Shown here: positions 58,372 to 64,000 of the stretch, in pieces
How positions within the stretch are numbered: position 1 is the stretch's first letter
How the letters are laid out: every line of letters begins with the position of its first letter
Virus record (IMG/VR): IMGVR_UViG_3300009428_000006
Span: 1 to 64,000 of that record
Source of the DNA: a virus
Reading direction: 5' to 3' (one strand)
DNA length: 64,000 nucleotides
Notes under the pieces: generated by a model
Told to the model about the DNA's origin: nothing
Database searches by the model: none
Seen by the model: the letters and a program-made list of their open reading frames with translations, nothing else
Translations under genes and position numbers: made by a program

Positions 58372-58776
58372 TTATTTTACTTTTATAAACCGATCTTTTA
58401 CCTGAGCCTTGGAATAAATGTTTCCACCAATAATGAAGTCATATTCATTAAAAGCGTACTTTATCACTTTATATTCCTTTTTAGAAGCATCAAGTTTATT
58501 AATAACAATATCACCAACACTGATACCACCTTCAAACTTTTTGATCTTCTCATCCAACTCATCACGCTGCTCCTTAAGTAAATCTAGTTCAGACTTTAAT
58601 TTGCGGTAGCAATACTCATCATAGAAATATAGAACCCCTGTTTTTACCATCTCAGTATTATGCCAAGATGTGTTAGAAAATATCTCAACCTCACCACCAT
58701 CCAGCACATGTTCAACTAGTTCTACTTGTTCAGCACGAGACAGTTCACCAAACTTCTTATATTCTTCACTCATCAA
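58372..58776 (-). CDS. hypothetical protein
   Basis: ORF in the operon. Confidence 0.55.
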   Translation of the reverse strand: MMSEEYKKFGELSRAEQVELVEHVLDGGEVEIFSNTSWHNTEMVKTGVLYFYDEYCYRKLKSELDLLKEQRDELDEKIKKFEGGISVGDIVINKLDASKKEYKVIKYAFNEYDFIIGGNIYSKAQVKDRFIKVK

Positions 58777-58976
58777 TCTTCTCCTTTTCCGTTACCTTCT
58801 TTGACTAACTCATACAGTTTACATTCTAATTCTATGTGTGACATCAGTAATGCGTGCAGAAAGCCATTACCTGTCTCATTCTTCCAAAGTTCTCCATGTC
58901 TAAATATCTCTATATTTCCATTATCATAAAGTACTTCATATTTACCATTTTCTAGTGGCAGTGTAAACTTCATCAA
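58773..58976 (-). CDS. hypothetical protein
   Basis: ORF with RBS. Confidence 0.55.
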   Translation of the reverse strand: MMKFTLPLENGKYEVLYDNGNIEIFRHGELWKNETGNGFLHALLMSHIELECKLYELVKEGNGKGED

Positions 58977-59060
58977 TCTTCCTCCTCCTCATTAAAAGAT
59001 AATAGAAATATTAGTAGCCATATGACTAATGTAAAGTATACAGCACTCATTGTATTTCTC

Positions 59061-59291
59061 CTACTTATTAAATATAAATTTATCAGTTCTGCCCTTGTCT
59101 AATACATATTCAAGCAGTCCTTCTTCTAAGTTGTGACCATTAAAGCATACTCCTTTTACGAGTGCAAGTCTTTTCTCAAAATCAGGATCAACCTTCTTGG
59201 GCTTAGGCTTGCAATCATGATCAGCTAGGTGATACTTTCCATTAGTTTTCTCCCACTTTACAAAGTCTCCACATTCACGACAGTTTGGCAT
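59061..59291 (-). CDS. hypothetical zinc-binding protein
   Basis: CRECG...HDC. Confidence 0.55.
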   Translation of the reverse strand: MPNCRECGDFVKWEKTNGKYHLADHDCKPKPKKVDPDFEKRLALVKGVCFNGHNLEEGLLEYVLDKGRTDKFIFNK

Positions 59292-59436
59292 AAAACAATC
59301 TCCTAAGTTTTGTTACGCACTCTTCACAGACTACCTGTAGTGAGCACACAGCAACGATAATGAAAAAGATGACACATAGTACCAGTGCAGCTAGAAAGAA
59401 GCTTACAGTTGCACACAGGGCTTTTAAAGGGTGCAT
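59275..59436 (-). CDS. small membrane protein
   Basis: Long hydrophobic stretch; ATG at 59436 after GGAGG. Confidence 0.5.
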   Translation of the reverse strand: MHPLKALCATVSFFLAALVLCVIFFIIVAVCSLQVVCEECVTKLRRLFYAKLS

Positions 59437-59437
59437 A

Positions 59438-59665
59438 TCACACCGCCTCCCAATCATATATATTCTTAATCTTCTTAGCCACAAAGCTTCCCATTGAATC
59501 AGCACCTTTCAATTCATCAATTACATCTACTGGTACACTTGCATAGCAATACACTTTATCATTATATTTAAACTCAATCATCAATTCTTCCATTTCATGA
59601 TTATACATGATGGTTTTAATATTGCTAGAGTTTGCTGTGATGTGTTCAATATTTGGATTAGTCAT
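59438..59665 (-). CDS. KTSC domain protein
   Basis: SSNIKTIMY...LMIEF....YCYASVP......L..ADSMGSFV...IK. Confidence 0.85.
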   Translation of the reverse strand: MTNPNIEHITANSSNIKTIMYNHEMEELMIEFKYNDKVYCYASVPVDVIDELKGADSMGSFVAKKIKNIYDWEAV

Positions 59666-60104
59666 TTAGTGAGCCCTCTTTTGTACGAATAAGATAGAGT
59701 TCGTCTTCTCCATATACACTTCTGAATCTTCCATAGTCATACCATATGCCATCCAGCTCTACAAACAGTGTTTCACTATACATATGATCTTCTAAATTAG
59801 TCACCAGATAAGCACCTCTTGTGAATTCCTCATCAGTAGAGTTAACTATTTCTACCTTATCACCTTCTTTCATTTTAAGCTGCTTCCAGTTCTCTTTCGT
59901 GATACGCTCTCTTGCCTCCACAGCAGGACTGTAATCAACTTTCTTCAACTTAGGCTGTGATAGCTTAGGTATTGTGGTTAAACGTGACAGAGCTACTGTG
60001 TGAGCCTCTAAAATAGATTCTGCATGATGTAATTGCTTCTTCAGTTTTGCAACTACTTCTTTATCCTGCTCAATTGTTTCTAATAAGTTGTATACTTGTT
60101 TCAT
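59658..60104 (-). CDS. hypothetical protein
   Basis: ORF with RBS. Confidence 0.6.
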   Translation of the reverse strand: MKQVYNLLETIEQDKEVVAKLKKQLHHAESILEAHTVALSRLTTIPKLSQPKLKKVDYSPAVEARERITKENWKQLKMKEGDKVEIVNSTDEEFTRGAYLVTNLEDHMYSETLFVELDGIWYDYGRFRSVYGEDELYLIRTKEGSLND

Positions 60105-60107
60105 AGT

Positions 60108-60350
60108 TTATTCTCCTAATTTAGCAACCACTTGTTGAGCTTTTTCTGGTGTCAGTTTAAATGTAATCCCATTACTAATACATAGTCCTAGAAATTCATC
60201 TGCCTTCATCTGATCTAGTCTTGTTAGAATAGTTTTCTCACATCCTCCAACCATTGCCAGTAGTCCTGCTAGATTAGCTATTTCCCATTCAGCTTTTGAA
60301 GTCTCCTCTGAAGGATATCTCTTTTCAATTATTGACATAATACTTAACAT
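60108..60350 (-). CDS. hypothetical protein
   Basis: ORF with RBS. Confidence 0.55.
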   Translation of the reverse strand: MLSIMSIIEKRYPSEETSKAEWEIANLAGLLAMVGGCEKTILTRLDQMKADEFLGLCISNGITFKLTPEKAQQVVAKLGE

Positions 60351-60352
60351 AC

Positions 60353-60880
60353 TTATTCTCCTAATTTATAACACTGATTTAATCTCTTTTCAGATAGATA
60401 CTCGATCAATACATCTCGGCCTATCACGTAGCCTTCTTTAGTTGTCTTCAACTTAGTACGGTAATGATCGTTGTTCAACCCTCTCCAGTACAAGCACATA
60501 TCATACATCTGACCTGTCACCTTTGTCAATGTATCTTTGATAAAGATGTAAGTAGTGATATCTTTATTAACACGTTCATACTTAATTTTAAGGTGACGGC
60601 TTAAAGAGATAGGCTTAGTTGTTGCACCTAACAAGCTCTGATCAAACCCAGACTTATTTGTACACCACCTGTAACCTTGCATGTTATCTGGAACAATTGT
60701 ACAATCTTTTAAATCAAATGAACCTATATTAGTAAAGTAATAGCCTCTTTTAATATCCTTGGGAGTTAACACATGGTAAGAGTTTTGCAATACACGCGGC
60801 CTATTGGCTCGATTTTGATACTTGGAAAGAAGTACATCCTCTTTCAATTTTACTATTTGTCCTACTAGGAAATTGTTCAT
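60353..60880 (-). CDS. hypothetical protein
   Basis: ORF with AAGGAG RBS. Confidence 0.6.
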   Translation of the reverse strand: MNNFLVGQIVKLKEDVLLSKYQNRANRPRVLQNSYHVLTPKDIKRGYYFTNIGSFDLKDCTIVPDNMQGYRWCTNKSGFDQSLLGATTKPISLSRHLKIKYERVNKDITTYIFIKDTLTKVTGQMYDMCLYWRGLNNDHYRTKLKTTKEGYVIGRDVLIEYLSEKRLNQCYKLGE

Positions 60881-60890
60881 AGTTTTCTCC

Positions 60891-61028
60891 TTAACTTAAT
60901 TCAATACGCTCTAACAGGTCTTCATATTTCTCAACCATATCTGGATTGCAATTCTCTTCTTTCAGTTTTTTAATGAAGTACTCAAGTGCTGCCTCTATTT
61001 TAAACTTTTCATAGTAATCAAACTCCAT
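60891..61028 (-). CDS. small hypothetical protein (45 aa)
   Basis: Hand-translated MEFDYYEKFK...; GAGGAG RBS; follows a promoter. Confidence 0.55.
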   Translation of the reverse strand: MEFDYYEKFKIEAALEYFIKKLKEENCNPDMVEKYEDLLERIELS

Positions 61029-61059
61029 AATACTCTCCTCAATAATTAATTTCACATCC

Positions 61060-61088
61060 AATATAATTTAATTGTGATTTTCTGTCAA
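61060..61088 (-). promoter_or_regulatory. sigma70-type promoter heading the leftward accessory operon
   Basis: TTGACA-17 nt-TATATT. Confidence 0.65.
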
Positions 61089-61221
61089 CAACAAAATCAC
61101 CTAATCTGGATCTGCCCACAAATCACACCCTAGGGTACATAAAAATTTGCCAGAGCGATCTTAGTAAAACTCAAAATCTCAATTCATTTTCAGTTTCCAG
61201 AATCAGTAAAATTCTGACTTA

Positions 61222-61330
61222 AATGAGAATCATTCTCATTACGCTGGAATGCTAATGCGATTAGCTATCATTTAGATTTAACTTTGTAAACGAGAATAGT
61301 TTAGCTTTGTAAATGAGAATTAATCTTGTT
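61222..61330. promoter_or_regulatory. cluster of Fur-box-like sites
   Basis: Perfect 9-1-9 palindrome AATGAGAAT-C-ATTCTCATT (61222-61240) plus three degenerate copies. Confidence 0.55.
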
Positions 61331-61739
61331 TACTGGCGATCGCCCACCCTTCATTCCTCCTGAAAATGATTAAATCATTTGGACGTTAAAGGGAAGCGCT
61401 GCCCGTGTGGTTTGGGAGACTTTCAGCTTTAAGCTGATATAACCAAGTATATAGATCTTGTCGAATAGTGCAAGCGGTTTATACAATTTATTTGTAATTA
61501 ATTTAAATCAAATATAACAAGCTGTAAGCGGCTGTAACGGGCCTTAGTTAGATAGATAGGTCATTGCATTAGATTATTATTAAAAGGCTCAGGATCGGTT
61601 ACAGGACGCTTGATTAGGTTATTGATAATCATTTACATTAACAGAATATCGCCCACTCTCTATTGATTCCAAGAGCTTTAAACTTAAGTTTGCGTTATCT
61701 GCCGAGCCGCCTTCTAACCTGTTATCTGTTACGAACTAT

Positions 61740-61773
61740 AAGCCCTTACACTTTAAATTGCAAGGGCTTTTGT
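61740..61773. terminator. terminator-like hairpin
   Basis: AAGCCCTT...AAGGGCTT followed by TTGTT. Confidence 0.55.
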
Positions 61774-61781
61774 TGATTAAT

Positions 61782-61949
61782 TTAATATTGACCTGTAGGT
61801 AAATAATCACTATTAACCAACCTTGTTAAAACTGCCTCTGCATTAGGTAAAACTTTAATACCTTCTACACCAATCGATTCTAAAAGCTTTACATCATTAT
61901 AACCCGCTACAGGTGATGCATACTTAAAACTACTTTTCATAATAAACAT
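61782..61949 (-). CDS. small hypothetical protein
   Basis: Hand-translated MFIMKSSFKYASPV...; own TTGACA/TATAAT promoter near 61993-62022. Confidence 0.5.
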   Translation of the reverse strand: MFIMKSSFKYASPVAGYNDVKLLESIGVEGIKVLPNAEAVLTRLVNSDYLPTGQY

Positions 61950-62133
61950 AATCTTTACCCTTTTAAATAATATTCTCTGTTTGTGTACCGCTATTATATA
62001 AACAAACGTTTTACCCTGTCAACAAAGATCACCAATATTATTAAAAATAATTCTTTAATAAAATTGTTTTCAATAGTTTAAAAATAGTGTACCTTTATAC
62101 GTATTGAAACAACTTAAACAAAGGCTTTATATT

Positions 62134-62358
62134 ATGAAACAGATTAATCCAACTTATGATCAGGTGTCTTATATTATAGACAGGTTTAACCTCGCACAAT
62201 GCTACAACGGTGCAAACAGTGAACATTACCAAAACTATGATCACTGTTACTTTTACACCTGTTCACGTTCGCCACAGGGCCACATGGTTACGCATGTATG
62301 TGATAATTTAGCAAATGTTATCAAACAGGATAAATTAATTTCACATTTAATTAAATAA
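62134..62358 (+). CDS. hypothetical early protein
   Basis: ATTATG start context shared with neighbouring genes. Confidence 0.55.
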   Translation: MKQINPTYDQVSYIIDRFNLAQCYNGANSEHYQNYDHCYFYTCSRSPQGHMVTHVCDNLANVIKQDKLISHLIK

Positions 62359-62437
62359 AAGCTTGCGTTTAAATTATAACACTGTATATTAGTATTCATC
62401 GGCTCACAGGGAGCCACTATTTAAAGGGGTTTTATTA

Positions 62438-62569
62438 TGAAAAAGATAGACAACGTTTGGCATATATGCCGTGATGGTTGGGTTTTTGAAGTTGCAACAC
62501 AATCAGAAATAGTTGAACATGTGTTTAACGGGTTAACTTTACAAGAGTTTGAAAAGAGTTTTAAATAAA
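62438..62569 (+). CDS. small hypothetical early protein (about 43 aa)
   Basis: Hand-translated MKKIDNVWHICRDGWVFEVA...; upstream TTGCGT/TATATT promoter. Confidence 0.5.
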
Positions 62570-62652
62570 CACTTGCAATTATAATCTACTTGGATTAAAA
62601 TTTAATAACTGGCTGGCAACGGGTTAGCCACTTTTAAGAATAAGGTTTTATT

Positions 62653-62913
62653 ATGCAAACTTTCGAAGATGTTAACGGCGTTGTGGTTGGTGGTTTTTCT
62701 TGTAAAGTCTGCTTGATTGATCCTAACGGGAGTATAGTTAACTATAAAATAGTACCTGACAGTGCAGACTTTAAGTCTATAGCCGATGATATGAAATTTA
62801 AAATTTTATCAGAAAAGCTCGGTAATGGCCAGCTACTGAGGGATCGCCCTGACTTAATCAGATCTTTACACGGGACAGGTAACTGGGAATTAAAGATTAT
62901 ATCTTTAAAATAA
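62653..62913 (+). CDS. hypothetical early protein
   Basis: Own TTGCAA/TAAAAT promoter. Confidence 0.6.
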   Translation: MQTFEDVNGVVVGGFSCKVCLIDPNGSIVNYKIVPDSADFKSIADDMKFKILSEKLGNGQLLRDRPDLIRSLHGTGNWELKIISLK

Positions 62914-63000
62914 ACACCAAAAAAGCGGTTGACAGCTCCCAACGTTAACCGCTACAATTAACACTCAATCAAAAATTATATTATTAAAAGGTATTACATT

Positions 63001-63267
63001 ATGAATACATTAAAATTCTCTACCCGCCAACAGATGCGAACTTTTGTTAAACGTGTTAACCTATGCACAGGTAAAAAGCTTTTCAAGTCTACAAGCGGGA
63101 AAGATGGTTGCGGATCTTGGTTAGCTCACAAGGTTATTAAAACAAACACATTGCAAGCTCCTTCAAAACCTGCTAAAGTTCAATCACTAGCTTTTAATGT
63201 TCACGGCTCGGCTATAGTAGTGACTCACAAGCGTTCTATAGCGGCTAGAGTGGCAGTAATCGCTTAA
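63001..63267 (+). CDS. hypothetical basic early protein
   Basis: Own TTGACA/TACAAT promoter near 62929-62958. Confidence 0.6.
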   Translation: MNTLKFSTRQQMRTFVKRVNLCTGKKLFKSTSGKDGCGSWLAHKVIKTNTLQAPSKPAKVQSLAFNVHGSAIVVTHKRSIAARVAVIA

Positions 63268-63343
63268 CTAATACAATGACAGCCTTGTGACGTTTAAACA
63301 GCTCACAGGGCTACACAATAACGATTTAAAAGGATGGATTGAA

Positions 63344-63502
63344 ATGGGTAGAGTATCACCAATGAAACGAACAAAAAACACAGCTAAAACGGTACGAATT
63401 GATCGCAAACGTACACGCAAGGGCCAAGATCTAGCAATGCAAGCAGATAGGGCGAATAAACGGGCAGATCAATTTGTAGAGTTTGAAAAAGAAAACGATT
63501 AA
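63344..63502 (+). CDS. small basic protein
   Basis: ATG after AAGGATGG; Arg/Lys-rich. Confidence 0.45.
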   Translation: MGRVSPMKRTKNTAKTVRIDRKRTRKGQDLAMQADRANKRADQFVEFEKEND

Positions 63503-63516
63503 TTCAAAATAAAGTG

Positions 63517-63545
63517 TTGACAGCGTAAACTGTATAAAGTAGAAT
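63517..63545 (+). promoter_or_regulatory. sigma70-type promoter
   Basis: TTGACA-17 nt-TAGAAT. Confidence 0.75.
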
Positions 63546-63603
63546 TACCTTATTGAAACAAAACGCCACTAACGGCAAATTACATTTTAAAAGAGATATT
63601 ATT

Positions 63604-64000
63604 ATGACTACATTATCAGAAATTCGCAAAACTATCATCATTAACAATGATCACCTAATTAACGCCAAGGCTGCAATCAAATCTATGACTAATGATCCTC
63701 TGTCACACTTCGAAGATGTTATTACAAGTGATTATGAGGCAATGCTAAATGGACATTACGAGGATCATCTAGACGATATAGAATTTCTATGTGGTGAATT
63801 TCTATGTGGTGAATATGCATCGGACTTAATGCAAAAGCATGATCCTGTTATGTTTCGTTGCGGTTTAAATGATTTTGCTGATAGTTTTGATATTATGAAT
63901 TTAGACGAATATATTGATCTAGAATCTGAGGTCGAAGAGTTAGAAAAAGAAATAGCTGGACTTACGGAAGAGTTAGAAGAGTTAGAGAATAACTTAAATT
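63604..64000 (+). CDS. highly acidic early protein (truncated by the window)
   Basis: MTTLSEIRK...DPVMFRCGLNDFAD...EELEELENN; contains a 15-bp tandem duplication. Confidence 0.7.
   Translation, partial: MTTLSEIRKTIIINNDHLINAKAAIKSMTNDPLSHFEDVITSDYEAMLNGHYEDHLDDIEFLCGEFLCGEYASDLMQKHDPVMFRCGLNDFADSFDIMNLDEYIDLESEVEELEKEIAGLTEELEELENNLN

Noticed and set aside
1-64000. Prophage or lysogeny module, diversity-generating retroelement, or modified-base pathway
   Set aside because: No integrase, repressor, reverse transcriptase or base-modification genes were recognised in this window

Overview
A 64-kb AT-rich stretch of a lytic long-tailed (siphovirus-type) dsDNA phage, probably infecting a marine gammaproteobacterium (inferred from sigma70 promoters, Fur/IHF-like boxes, a Vibrio-type ThyA and an SAR-endolysin/u-spanin lysis cassette). 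Layout: (1) leftward replication genes at 1-6.0 kb: T7-like DNA polymerase cut by the window edge, Dda/RecD-like helicase and T7 gp4-like primase-helicase; (2) a rightward block at 6.3-12.9 kb with a T7-like single-subunit RNA polymerase plus a second, minimal PolA-superfamily polymerase; (3) about 2 kb of hairpin-dense, mostly non-coding DNA around an HNH gene at 12.9-15.0 kb; (4) packaging, head, lambda/T1-like tail and lysis genes at 15-46.7 kb, with a group I intron in terL and a -1 frameshift tail chaperone; (5) leftward nucleotide-metabolism and accessory genes at 46.8-61 kb; (6) a non-coding gap with a cluster of Fur-box-like palindromes, followed by small pre-early-type genes, most with their own sigma70 promoter, at 61-64 kb. 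Best leads: two divergent 23-bp candidate phage-RNAP promoters, each with an IHF-like site exactly 11 bp upstream; the extra minimal polymerase; the structured ncRNA region; the Fur-box cluster; and several in-frame stops and frameshifts, some in probably essential genes. All product calls come from motifs and synteny recognised by eye; no database search was run.
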